Assembly: GCA_035292085.1 (NCBI GenBank)
Contig: DATDQT010000132.1
Location: forward strand, 1 to 52,707
DNA from: a bacterium
GTDB lineage: Bacteria; Sysuimicrobiota; Sysuimicrobiia; Sysuimicrobiales; Kaftiobacteriaceae
DNA length: 52,707 bases
Direction: 5' to 3'
The translations under genes and the position numbers were made by a program. The notes beneath the pieces are model-generated. The model saw only the letters and a program-made list of their open reading frames with translations, was not told the DNA's origin and ran no database searches. Of the stretch, positions 42,701-51,286 are shown piece after piece. How positions within the stretch are numbered: position 1 is the stretch's first letter; each line of letters opens with the position of its first letter.

Positions 42701-43740
42701 CGCCGTACACGGGCCTTCCGTGCGCGAGCGGACGAACCCTCCGCCCGTCCCGGACGACCGCGTCCATCAGACTCTCGCGTCCGGCCAACGTTACCGGCGC
42801 GCTCGTCCGGGACCCGCAGCTGCGCCAGCACACCGGCGAAGTCCTCGGGCAGCGCGGTCTCGAACTCCAGCTGCCGTCCGGTCGCCGGATGGCGAAACGC
42901 CAGCCGGTACGCGTGCAGCATCTGGCGGGCCGGGGTAACGGTGGAGGGCAGGCGGCACCTCCGTCCATAGACGGGGTCGCCCACCACGGGATGGCCCAGC
43001 ACGGAGAAGTGGACGCGAATCTGGTGAGTCCGACCGGTCACCAGCCGCGCTTCCACGAGCGTGGCGTGTCCCAACCGTTCGACCACCCGGTAGTGGGTGA
43101 TGGCCGCCCGCCCGCCGGCCACGACGGCCATCTTCGTGCGCTGGCGAGGGTGGCGGCCGATCGGCGCGTCGATCGTCCCTTCGTCGGTGCGGACACTGCC
43201 GCAGACCAGCGCGAGATACGCGCGGGCAACCTCCCGCGCCGCCACGGCCTGCTGCAAGGCGGCGAGGGTCTCCGGAGTTTTCGCGACCACGAGCAGTCCG
43301 GAGGTGTCGCGGTCGAGGCGGTGGACGATGCCCGGCCGCAGCACGGCTCCCACCCCACGCAGCGCGGGCAGGCGCGCAATCAGCGCATTTGCCAGCGTCC
43401 CGCGTGGGCGGCCCGCCCCCGGATGCACCGACAACCCGGGCGGTTTGTTCAGGACGAGCAGGTGGGCGTCCTCGTAGACGATCTCGAGCGGGATGGCCTC
43501 GGGCACCAGATCGTCGGGGGGAGACGCGACCGCCTCCACCGTGATCCGGCTGCCGGCGCGCAGGCGCGCCGCCGGCTTCACCGGCGCGCCGTCTATGGTC
43601 ACCCCGCCGGAGTCGATCAACTGCTTGAGGCGGGATCGGGAGAGCGCGGGGAGCCGCGCCGCCAGGTAGACATCGAGCCGCGTGCCCGCGGACGCGGCCT
43701 CAACGACAAAACGGCGGCGATCCCGGGGGGCGGCGCTCAG
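42697..43740 (-). CDS. rluD: 23S rRNA pseudouridine synthase RluD family (with S4 domain)
   Basis: The track ORF 42697..43620 starts at TTG, inside the S4 domain. The upstream in-frame codons read [52 protein letters not shown] start it at CTG 43740, which overlaps the Lgt-like TGA. The catalytic motif [12 protein letters not shown] is present. Confidence 0.88.
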   Translation of the reverse strand: MSAAPRDRRRFVVEAASAGTRLDVYLAARLPALSRSRLKQLIDSGGVTIDGAPVKPAARLRAGSRITVEAVASPPDDLVPEAIPLEIVYEDAHLLVLNKPPGLSVHPGAGRPRGTLANALIARLPALRGVGAVLRPGIVHRLDRDTSGLLVVAKTPETLAALQQAVAAREVARAYLALVCGSVRTDEGTIDAPIGRHPRQRTKMAVVAGGRAAITHYRVVERLGHATLVEARLVTGRTHQIRVHFSVLGHPVVGDPVYGRRCRLPSTVTPARQMLHAYRLAFRHPATGRQLEFETALPEDFAGVLAQLRVPDERAGNVGRTRESDGRGRPGRAEGSSARARKARVRR

Positions 43741-44507
43741 GGGATTCCGGCGGGTTCAGCGGGCGTCTGCGGCTCCAGGCGCCTCCGGTTGCTCAGGACG
43801 AGTCCGATGACGGCGATGACGGCGACGACGAGACTGAGCACCTGCGCGATCGTGAGCGGGCCGAGGACCTTCGAGCTGTCGACAAAGAACTCGGCCGCCA
43901 GCCGGGCCACGGCAAACAGGAACAGCCAGAGGAAGAAGATCACGCCCGGCGCCGGGTCCGCCCGCTCCTGCGCGCGCAGCACCAGGTACGTCCCGAGCGA
44001 CGCCAGCATCAGGTAGATGGCAACGGGGTGGACCTCCTGGAAGACGACGGTCACCGCCCAGGGCACATCGGTGGCCTTGGCCGGGTAGATCGAGCCCGCC
44101 AGGAGGGCGCCGATCATCGCCACGGCATATCCCACTGTGATCGGCGGAGCGATCACGTCGAGGAACCGGCGGAACCCGATCTTCGCCGAGCGGGCGTAGG
44201 CGGCGGCCACCGCCAGCGCGCCGACGAGGGCCACGAAGAAGCCCGGCCCGGACGGACCGATGACGGAGAACACCCGCAGCGGGGCCTGGGCGACCTCGCT
44301 GAAGTTCATCGCGGCGCCGACCAGCAGCGAGAGGCCGATGCCGCCGATGATCATGTACAACGCGATGTCCAGCATCTGTGATGGGCTGATGCCGATCGCG
44401 CCGCCCCGCCGCCGCGCCAGGGCGATGCCGATGGCAAACGCGAGAATGAGAAACAGGCCGAAGGACTGGATCGGAATGGGTCCGAGCTGGACCAGGATCG
44501 GTTTCAT
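43737..44507 (-). CDS. prolipoprotein diacylglyceryl transferase (Lgt) family membrane protein, divergent
   Basis: ORF track 256 aa, polytopic. It has an Lgt-like layout (LGPIPIQSFGLFLILAF..., VHPVAIYLML, AEFFVD), but the central GR-GNF-NGE block is not conserved by eye. Confidence 0.6.
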   Translation of the reverse strand: MKPILVQLGPIPIQSFGLFLILAFAIGIALARRRGGAIGISPSQMLDIALYMIIGGIGLSLLVGAAMNFSEVAQAPLRVFSVIGPSGPGFFVALVGALAVAAAYARSAKIGFRRFLDVIAPPITVGYAVAMIGALLAGSIYPAKATDVPWAVTVVFQEVHPVAIYLMLASLGTYLVLRAQERADPAPGVIFFLWLFLFAVARLAAEFFVDSSKVLGPLTIAQVLSLVVAVIAVIGLVLSNRRRLEPQTPAEPAGIP

Positions 44508-44974
44508 CAGTCACTCCTGTTTGATCTTGCTCCGCGGCGGGAAGCAGCCCCTTCTGGTTCCCGCCGCGGGATTAGTGCCAGAATCAGCAGCGCGGAGCCG
44601 GTCGTGACGGCGAGATCGGCGAGATTGAACACCGGCCAGACGAACACGTCGAGGTAATCGATCACGGCCCCCACGCGGACGCGATCGACGAGATTCCCGA
44701 CCGCGCCGCCGGCCAGCAGTGCAAGGGCCGCCCGCGCGAGCGGCGGGCGCGTCCACCGCGGCCTATTGTAGAAGAGCAGGAAAAGAAAGGTCAAGGCGAT
44801 CGCCCCGGGCACAGCGACCGGCACCCCACCGGCCATCCCGAAGGCGATGCCGGTGTTGCGCACGTGGGTGAGGGCCACGATCCCGGGGATAAGCGGCACG
44901 CTGTCGCCCAGCGGTAGCAGACGCCCGACCAGGGCTTTGACGGCCTGATCGGCGAGCACGATCGCCGAGGCCAC
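44507..44974 (-). CDS. lspA: lipoprotein signal peptidase II
   Basis: ORF track 155 aa, GTG start, with NTGIAFG, GGAVGNLVDR and FNLADLAV motifs. The N-terminus is a little short (see rejected list). Confidence 0.88.
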   Translation of the reverse strand: MASAIVLADQAVKALVGRLLPLGDSVPLIPGIVALTHVRNTGIAFGMAGGVPVAVPGAIALTFLFLLFYNRPRWTRPPLARAALALLAGGAVGNLVDRVRVGAVIDYLDVFVWPVFNLADLAVTTGSALLILALIPRREPEGAASRRGARSNRSD

Positions 44975-45030
44975 CGCCGCGGAGGTCCAGCGGGCCGTCG
45001 CGGGTTCCGCCGCCGGCGCCGGCGGAGCGC

Positions 45031-45528
45031 TTACCGGAAGTGGTTGGTGCGTTCTTCCTCTTCCTTGCAGCGGATGCAGAGAGTGGCGTATGGCAGCACC
45101 TTCAGCCTGGCGGAATCAATCGGGTTGCCGCACCGCACGCAGATCCCGTACGTGCCCTCGTCAATCCGGGCCAGGGCCTCTTCCACCTGCGTGAGCAGCT
45201 GCTGGACGCTGGACTCCAGCGCCAGCCCCTTCTCGCGCTCGAAGGTGCTGCTGGCCACGTCGGCGAGATCCTCATCGTACCCCCCTCCGATGTCCATCCC
45301 GACTTGATCTTCGACCTCGGGCGTGTGCTCTTCCATGGCCTCAAGCTCTTCAAGCAGCCGGGCCCGTTCTTCCACGAGGAGCCGCCGGAAGGAGGCGAAG
45401 TCGCGCTTGCCGATCGCCCGGGTGCGCGCGGCTCGAGCGTTCGGGCGCGCACTCACCCGCGCGGGCTTTGCCTTCACGTGCTTCCGGGCGGCCTTCGCCT
45501 TTCTGGTCTTCACGGTCCGCGTTGCCAT
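45031..45528 (-). CDS. DksA/TraR C4-type zinc-finger protein (Bacillus YlyA-like position)
   Basis: ORF 45031..45588 trimmed to ATG 45528 with GGAGGG upstream. The N-terminus is basic, followed by a coiled coil and then CVRCGNPIDSARLKVLPYATLCIRC. It is 165 aa and lies between ileS and lspA, as ylyA does. Confidence 0.85.
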   Translation of the reverse strand: MATRTVKTRKAKAARKHVKAKPARVSARPNARAARTRAIGKRDFASFRRLLVEERARLLEELEAMEEHTPEVEDQVGMDIGGGYDEDLADVASSTFEREKGLALESSVQQLLTQVEEALARIDEGTYGICVRCGNPIDSARLKVLPYATLCIRCKEEEERTNHFR

Positions 45529-45595
45529 CCGTCCCTCCGTGCGCGGCCAGCCGTCTGCCGGCCGCCGGCGCAAAATGGGCTGACGCACATCTTAG

Positions 45596-45717
45596 CAAAC
45601 TCACACACCCTACACAACCTAACAACTCACACAACTAACCCGCGTGTTCACTCCGGGCGGCAGGTAATTGTGTCGGTTGGGTGAGGTGCGTCGGCTGGGT
45701 AGGTTGCGTCGGTTGTG
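45596..45717. repeat. inverted blocks of 9-nt tandem repeats around a 23-nt core (second instance)
   Basis: The left block 45596-45640 is caaactcac acaccctac acaacctaa caactcaca caactaacc. The core 45641-45663 is cgcgtgttcactccgggcggcag. The right block 45664-45717 is gtaattgtg tcggttggg tgaggtgcg tcggctggg taggttgcg tcggttgtg, roughly the reverse complement of the left units. The right block encodes the TQP-repeat tail of the racemase. Confidence 0.75.
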
Positions 45718-46405
45718 TGGCCTCGCGGAGGGCGGCCCGGGCGAGCACGAGGTTGGAGTCCAGCAGAGGGACTTCGACGTCTCCCGGCTGCAGCACGAAC
45801 GGCAGCTCGGTGCACCCCAGGACTAGCACCTGAGCCCCGTCGAGGATCAGTCCTTCGCACACGCCCACCAGCCGCCGCGTGACATCCGGACCCATCCTGC
45901 CGGCCTTCACGCCGTAGATCGCCTCGTTCACGACGTCCTGGCCGGCGGAATCCGGACTGAGCACATCCACCCCGACGCGGGCAAAGCTGTGATGGTAGAG
46001 CCTGGCGGCGACCGCCGCCCGCGTCGCCAGCACGCCCGCGCGCCGCAGGGGCGGCATCTCGGCCGCGGCGGCGGCGGCGACCTCGTCCATGATGTTCAGG
46101 ACGGGGATCGCGACCGACGCGCGAATCGCCTCCACGAAGGCATGGGCGGTATTGCACGGGATGATAATGAAGTCCGCGCCCGCGCGTTCGAGGTTGCGCG
46201 CTGTGGCGACCAGCGCCGGCGTCGGGTCTTCACCGGCCCCGAGGATGGCCGGTGAACGGTCGGGGATTTTCGGGTTGTTGTCGATGATGATCCGGAGGTG
46301 GTCCTGGTCGACCGCGGCCGGGGTGAGCCGGAGGAGTTTCTCAAACAGATCGAGCGTGGCCCACGGGCCGAGGCCGCCCAGCACGCCGATGGTGCGCTGC
46401 GTCAT
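45635..46405 (-). CDS. aspartate/glutamate racemase family protein (aspartate racemase-like)
   Basis: ORF track 256 aa, with IGVLGGLGPWATLDLF, IIIPCNTAH and VLGCTELP (two catalytic Cys contexts). The unusual C-terminal tail is TQPTQPTQPTHLTQPTQLPAARSEHAG. Confidence 0.85.
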   Translation of the reverse strand: MTQRTIGVLGGLGPWATLDLFEKLLRLTPAAVDQDHLRIIIDNNPKIPDRSPAILGAGEDPTPALVATARNLERAGADFIIIPCNTAHAFVEAIRASVAIPVLNIMDEVAAAAAAEMPPLRRAGVLATRAAVAARLYHHSFARVGVDVLSPDSAGQDVVNEAIYGVKAGRMGPDVTRRLVGVCEGLILDGAQVLVLGCTELPFVLQPGDVEVPLLDSNLVLARAALREATQPTQPTQPTHLTQPTQLPAARSEHAG

Positions 46406-46417
46406 CGTTTGTCTATT

Positions 46418-49400
46418 CTACTGCGCGGCGCGTGCAATGCCCACTGCGACCTTCTCCCCATCCAGCCGCAGCTCCCTGACCAGGAGGGTCCGATCCGTTC
46501 CGGCGGCCAGGCCGGTCCGGATGGCGTCCGCTAGCGTCTCGCGCTGGATGTAGGGGCCGAACGCCGGCAGCATCGCCTCGAGCCCCCCGTCGTGCAGGAG
46601 CACGATCCGGTCATCGACGGCCAACCCGGCGTCCTTCCGCAGCGTCTGCACCTGGTGCACCAGTTCCCGGGCCCGGCCTTCCAGTTCCAGTTCGGGAGTC
46701 AGCGCCGTCTCCAGGATCGCAAACTCTCCCATCGCGCCGTCGGCGGCATAGCCCTGCGCTTCGTGCATCCGCGCCTCGAGGTCGGCGGCCGTCAGCTCGA
46801 CATCTGCTTCGCCCACACGCACCGCAATCCGGCCGTCCTGCTGTAGGCCCCGCACGGCGGCCGCCGGGTCCAGCGCCCGGACGCCGCGCGCGACGTCCTG
46901 CACGCGCGGGCCGAACCGCGGGCCCAGCACGTCGAACCGCGGCTTGACCTCGAAGGTCACGTAGCCGGTGGGATCGTCGAGGAAACGCACGGCCTTGACA
47001 TTGAGTTCCTCTCTGATCTGTTCGAGTAGCTCCGGGTAGTCTCGCAGCGCACGGTGGCGCGTCACCAGCAGGACCGCCGGCAGCGGCTGGCGGACCTTCA
47101 CGCGGGCGTGGCTGCGCGCGGCCCGCCCCAGACCCACCAACGTCCGGGCGCCGTCCATCAGCGCTTCCAGGTCCGGCTCACGCACGGCCGGATCCGGCTG
47201 GGGGAAGTCGCAGAGATGGACGCTTTCGGGGGCGTCCGACTCCACCGGCCGGACGAGTCCCTGGTACAGCCGCTCACCGAGGAACGGCATGAACGGCGCC
47301 AGCACCAGCGCGAGCGTGCGCAGCGCGTGGTAGAGGGTGTAGTAGGCGGCCCGCTTATCGGTATCGTCTTCACTCTTCCAGAACCGGCGGCGGCTGCGGC
47401 GCACGTACCAGTTGGACAGCGCGTCGACGAACGCTTCGACCGGCCTGGTGGCCCCCTGTGGGTCATAGTCGTCGAGCCGTTCGCGCACGGCGCCGACCAG
47501 CGCCTGGGTCCGCGACAGCAGCCACCGGTCCAGCAGCGCCAGATCCGGACGGACGCGCACGAGGCCGGCGAAGTCGAAGCGCTCCAGATTCGCGTAGGTG
47601 ACGAAGAACGAGTACACGTTCCACAGCGGAATCACCATGCGGCGGCGGACATCGTCCAGCGCATGGTAGCCGAAGTTGATGTTGGTGGCGACGTTCTGCG
47701 CGCAGAACGCCCACCGCATCACGTCGACCCCGGCCCGGTCCGCGGCCTCGTTGAACTCGATCATGTTGCCCCAGCTCTTGTGCATCTCCCGCCCATCCTC
47801 GCCGCGCACCAGCGCGTAGGCCAGGCACGTGCGGAACGGTTCGGCGTCGCCGAGGACCGCGGCCATGACCAGCAGCGAGTAGAACCAGTTCCGGTACTGG
47901 CCGGGGAAACTCTCGGTGATGAAGTCCGCGGGGAACCAGTCGGCCCAGTACGCCTGATCGCGGCGGTAGTCGAGCGTGCTGAACGTGACGATGCCGGCGT
48001 CCAGCCACGGGTTGCCGACGTCGGCGATCCGCGCGGTCGTCGCCCCGCAGCGGGGGCAGGCGATCGTCACCGCGTCGATCCATGGGCGGTGCGGCGTGTG
48101 GCCGGCAAACTCCTCCCAACCGCCGGTGGCCCGTTCGCGCAGCTCGTCCTCTGACCCGATCACCTCGAAATGACCGCACTGGTCGCACTCCCAGATGGGC
48201 AGGGCCAATCCCCAGTAGCGCTTCTTGCTGATCATCCAGTCGTGCATGTTGCGCAGCCAGTCCAGCTCGCGGTCCAGCCCGAACCCCGGGATCCAGCGGA
48301 TGCGCTCGGTGATCTCCATCAGCCGCGCGCGGATGGGGTCCATCGCGATGAACCACTCGTCGACCAGCCGGAAGACCAGTTCCGTGCCGCAGCGCCAGCA
48401 GACCGGGTAGCGGTGCCGGTACGCTTCCGCCTTGTAGAGCCGGCCGGTGGCGCGCAGATGCTCGGTGATCAGCGGGGTGACCTCATCGACACGTTTGCCG
48501 GTCAGCCAGTCGAATCCGCTCAGGAAGATCCCGAACTCGTCGATGGGCGCGATGACAGGCAGACCGTGTTCTTTGCTCAGGGCGAAGTCTTCGGCCCCGC
48601 ATCCGGGTGCCACGTGGACGATCCCGGTCCCTTCGTCGGCGCCGACGTCCTTCCAGGGGATCACCCGGTGCTCGATGCCCCGCTGCGGGGGCAGGTCGTC
48701 AAACGGGCCACGATAGCGCCGCCCCACCAGCTGCGCGCCGGCCAGCGTCTCGAGCACCGTGTACTCGCCTTTCAGCGCGTCCACGGTCCCCTCGGCCAGG
48801 TACAGTTCTTCGGCGCCCTGGCGGACTCGGACGTAGGGGAGGTCCGGATGCACGGCGGCCGCGACGTTGCTGGTCAGCGTCCACGGCGTCGTCGTCCATA
48901 CCAGCAGGGACCGTCCGGGCTCGTCGATCAGGGGGAAACGGACGAACAACCCGGGATGGGTGATCTCCCGGTAGCCTTCGGTCACGATCTCATGCTCGCT
49001 GATGCCCGTCGAGCACCGGGGGCACCACGGCATGACGTCGTGGCCTTTGTAGACCATCCCGCGTTCCCAGCACCGTTTGATGAATCCCCAGATCGCGTAG
49101 TTGTTCTCGTTGGAGAACGTGAAGTAGGATCCGCCGGTCTCACCGTCCCCGAGCGTGCCGACGATCTGCTCCGCGCTGCCGCGCACCACACCGCCCCGCC
49201 CCGTGTACTCGACGACCGCCGAGGGGTCGGTCTTGATGGCCTCGGCCAACGTGCGCAGCGCGTCCGGATCGTTCCAGTCCATCCACATCGCCAGGCGCTG
49301 GGACTGCTCGGTGATCTGCGCGGCGTAGCCGAGCACGCGGTTCTTGCAGAGACTGACAAACGGCGCGATGCCGAAGGTCTCGATGTCGCGTTTGCTGCGG

Positions 49401-49714
49401 AACCCGAGCTCACGCTCGACGAGCACTTCGACCCACAGGCCCTGGCAGTCGAAACCGTTCTGATAGCGCTGCCGGAACCCGAGCATCGTGTGGTAACGCT
49501 GGAAGAGGTCCTTGTAGGTCCGGCCCCAGGCGTGGTGCACGCCCATCGGGCCGTTGGCGGTAATCGGGCCGTCCATGAACGACCACCGCCGGGGGGCGTC
49601 CGCGTTGCGCTGCAGGTACCGGAGGACAATGCCGCGCTCGCGCCACCACGCGAGCATCTCGCGTTCGGCCGCGGCGAAGTCTTCTTTGGCCGACACCGGA
49701 GCGAACTGCCCCAT
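46418..49714 (-). CDS. ileS: isoleucyl-tRNA synthetase, type 2 (Thermus/eukaryote-like)
   Basis: ORF 46418..49798 trimmed to ATG 49714 with GGGAGG upstream. It has FMDGPITANGPMGVHHAWGRTYKDLFQRY (a type-2 HIGH region) and GREMHKSWGN (a KMSKS variant), and is 1098 aa. Confidence 0.95.
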   Translation of the reverse strand: MGQFAPVSAKEDFAAAEREMLAWWRERGIVLRYLQRNADAPRRWSFMDGPITANGPMGVHHAWGRTYKDLFQRYHTMLGFRQRYQNGFDCQGLWVEVLVERELGFRSKRDIETFGIAPFVSLCKNRVLGYAAQITEQSQRLAMWMDWNDPDALRTLAEAIKTDPSAVVEYTGRGGVVRGSAEQIVGTLGDGETGGSYFTFSNENNYAIWGFIKRCWERGMVYKGHDVMPWCPRCSTGISEHEIVTEGYREITHPGLFVRFPLIDEPGRSLLVWTTTPWTLTSNVAAAVHPDLPYVRVRQGAEELYLAEGTVDALKGEYTVLETLAGAQLVGRRYRGPFDDLPPQRGIEHRVIPWKDVGADEGTGIVHVAPGCGAEDFALSKEHGLPVIAPIDEFGIFLSGFDWLTGKRVDEVTPLITEHLRATGRLYKAEAYRHRYPVCWRCGTELVFRLVDEWFIAMDPIRARLMEITERIRWIPGFGLDRELDWLRNMHDWMISKKRYWGLALPIWECDQCGHFEVIGSEDELRERATGGWEEFAGHTPHRPWIDAVTIACPRCGATTARIADVGNPWLDAGIVTFSTLDYRRDQAYWADWFPADFITESFPGQYRNWFYSLLVMAAVLGDAEPFRTCLAYALVRGEDGREMHKSWGNMIEFNEAADRAGVDVMRWAFCAQNVATNINFGYHALDDVRRRMVIPLWNVYSFFVTYANLERFDFAGLVRVRPDLALLDRWLLSRTQALVGAVRERLDDYDPQGATRPVEAFVDALSNWYVRRSRRRFWKSEDDTDKRAAYYTLYHALRTLALVLAPFMPFLGERLYQGLVRPVESDAPESVHLCDFPQPDPAVREPDLEALMDGARTLVGLGRAARSHARVKVRQPLPAVLLVTRHRALRDYPELLEQIREELNVKAVRFLDDPTGYVTFEVKPRFDVLGPRFGPRVQDVARGVRALDPAAAVRGLQQDGRIAVRVGEADVELTAADLEARMHEAQGYAADGAMGEFAILETALTPELELEGRARELVHQVQTLRKDAGLAVDDRIVLLHDGGLEAMLPAFGPYIQRETLADAIRTGLAAGTDRTLLVRELRLDGEKVAVGIARAAQ

Positions 49715-50030
49715 GCCTACCTCCCGACCATCAGCCCCACAATGCTGACGGCCCGTCCCACGTGAGGGACGGGCCGTGTCATCTGCCCGCGGTACCACCC
49801 TGCTTCCGAATCCACACTCCGGTGGACTCAGCGCTTTGGCATCTCCCGGTCACGGTGGGGGCCGGCGCCGCCTACTGGCAGGTCGTAGGTCGTGCCTCGA
49901 CCTATGACCTCGTTTTCGGGGCGCGGCTCAGGAGTGATGGTCCGCCGGCTGCGCCTGCGGGCTTGCACCATCCTCCCGCTCGCTGGCAGGCTCCGATCCG
50001 GCGGTCCGCGTCTCCGTCGTCGCCTCGTGG
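49715..50030 (-). promoter_or_regulatory. T-box leader (tRNA-Ile-sensing riboswitch) of ileS
   Basis: The minus strand contains GGAAGCAGGGUGGUACCGCGGG (49788-49800 core), a perfect match to the T-box consensus AANNNGGGUGGNACCGCG, with UGGU complementary to ACCA. It is followed by the GC hairpin GGCCCGUCCC-UCAC-GUGGGACGGGCC (49775-49750). AUC triplets at 49938-49936 (followed by A) and near 50000 are specifier candidates. Confidence 0.78.
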
Positions 50031-50036
50031 CCTCAC

Positions 50037-50065
50037 ATGTTATCACGCGGCACACAGTGGCGCAA
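50037..50065 (-). promoter_or_regulatory. candidate promoter of the ileS T-box leader
   Basis: The minus strand has TTGCGC (50065-50060), a 17-nt spacer and TGATAACAT, an extended -10 with TAACAT at 50042-50037. Confidence 0.4.
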
Positions 50066-50097
50066 TGTATGCGGGCCGAGGTACGATCAGAACTGAG

Positions 50098-51282
50098 ATG
50101 GCCACCCTGATCTATCTCGACAACGCCGCGACGACGCGGCCGCACCCCTCCGTCGTGGACGCGATGGCCTACGCGCTGACGGAAGCCTTCGGCAACCCCT
50201 CGTCGCTGCACGGCGTGGGGATCGCCGCCGAGCGGGTCGTGACGGCCGCGCGCGAGGCGGTGGCGGCCTCCCTGGGCGTCGCGCCCGCGGAGATCGTCTT
50301 CACCTCCGGGGGAACCGAGGCCAACAACCTGGCCGTCGTCGGCGCCGCGCGGGCCGCCCGGGGCCCGGCACCATCCGAGGCCACGCGCCGTCGCCACCTG
50401 GTGGTCTCGGCGATCGAGCATGCCTCCGTGCGGACCCCCGCGCGCGAGTTGACCGCCGACGGATTCGAGGTCACTGAACTCCCAGTCGATGCGGAGGGCC
50501 GGATCTCCGCCGCCGACCTGGCCGGCGCCCTGCGGCCGGAGACCGCCGTCGTGTCCATCATGGCGGTCAACAACGAGATTGGCACGGTGCAGCCGCTGCA
50601 AGACCTGGCAGGCGTCATGCGCGCCCACCGCGCGGCCGGAGGCCGGGCCGTGCTGCACGTCGACGCCGTGCAGGCCTGGGGCAAGATCCCGCTGCAGCCG
50701 GCGCGGCTCGGCATCGACCTGCTGTCGATTTCCGGCCACAAAGTGCACGGCCCCAAAGGGATCGGTGCGCTGTACGTGCGCCGGGGGGTCCGGCTCGCCG
50801 CCCTCCAGCGTGGAGGAGATCAGGAACACGCGCTGCGCCCGGGGACCGAAAACGTGCCCGGGATCGCCGGATTGGGTGCCGCCGCCCGCCTGATTCTCGC
50901 CGATGGACACGCGGCCGCCGCGGAGGTGGCCGGGCTCGTCCACCGGCTGCGGGACCAACTCCGGCGGATCGACGACATCCGGGTCAACACCCCGCAGACC
51001 GGCGCGGCTCCCCACATCCTCAACGTCTCGTTCCCCGGCGCCAGAGGCGAGACGCTGCTGCACCGGCTGGAGATGGACGGCATCTACGTCTCCACGGGGT
51101 CGGCGTGCCACGCCCACCGGCCGGAGCCCAGCCACGTGCTCGTGGCCATCGGCCGCAGTCCTGACGAGGCGATGTCCAGCCTCCGGTTCAGCCTCAGCCG
51201 GTTCACCACCGAAGCGGAGATCGAGGCCGCCGCGTCGGCGGTGGCGGCGGCCGTCGCCGACCTGCGGGCGCTGGCGCGTTGA
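50098..51282 (+). CDS. iscS: cysteine desulfurase (NifS/IscS class, NifZ-like partner of ThiI)
   Basis: ORF 49762..51282 trimmed to ATG 50098 (MATLIYLDNAATTRPHPSVVDAM...). It has FTSGGTEANN, SISGHKVHGPKG (PLP lysine) and STGSACH (catalytic Cys), and is 394 aa. Confidence 0.93.
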   Translation: MATLIYLDNAATTRPHPSVVDAMAYALTEAFGNPSSLHGVGIAAERVVTAAREAVAASLGVAPAEIVFTSGGTEANNLAVVGAARAARGPAPSEATRRRHLVVSAIEHASVRTPARELTADGFEVTELPVDAEGRISAADLAGALRPETAVVSIMAVNNEIGTVQPLQDLAGVMRAHRAAGGRAVLHVDAVQAWGKIPLQPARLGIDLLSISGHKVHGPKGIGALYVRRGVRLAALQRGGDQEHALRPGTENVPGIAGLGAAARLILADGHAAAAEVAGLVHRLRDQLRRIDDIRVNTPQTGAAPHILNVSFPGARGETLLHRLEMDGIYVSTGSACHAHRPEPSHVLVAIGRSPDEAMSSLRFSLSRFTTEAEIEAAASAVAAAVADLRALAR

Positions 51283-51286
51283 ACCC

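Noticed and set aside
44975-45030. A possible non-canonical upstream start for lspA, which would be a fifth case of missing N-terminus.
   Set aside because: The GTG 44974 product (MASAIVLADQAVK...) is only a few residues shorter than Bacillus LspA before the DQ motif. The upstream in-frame codons (PAPAAEPATARWTSAA) are not clearly conserved sequence, and no CTGA-type junction exists, so the evidence is insufficient.
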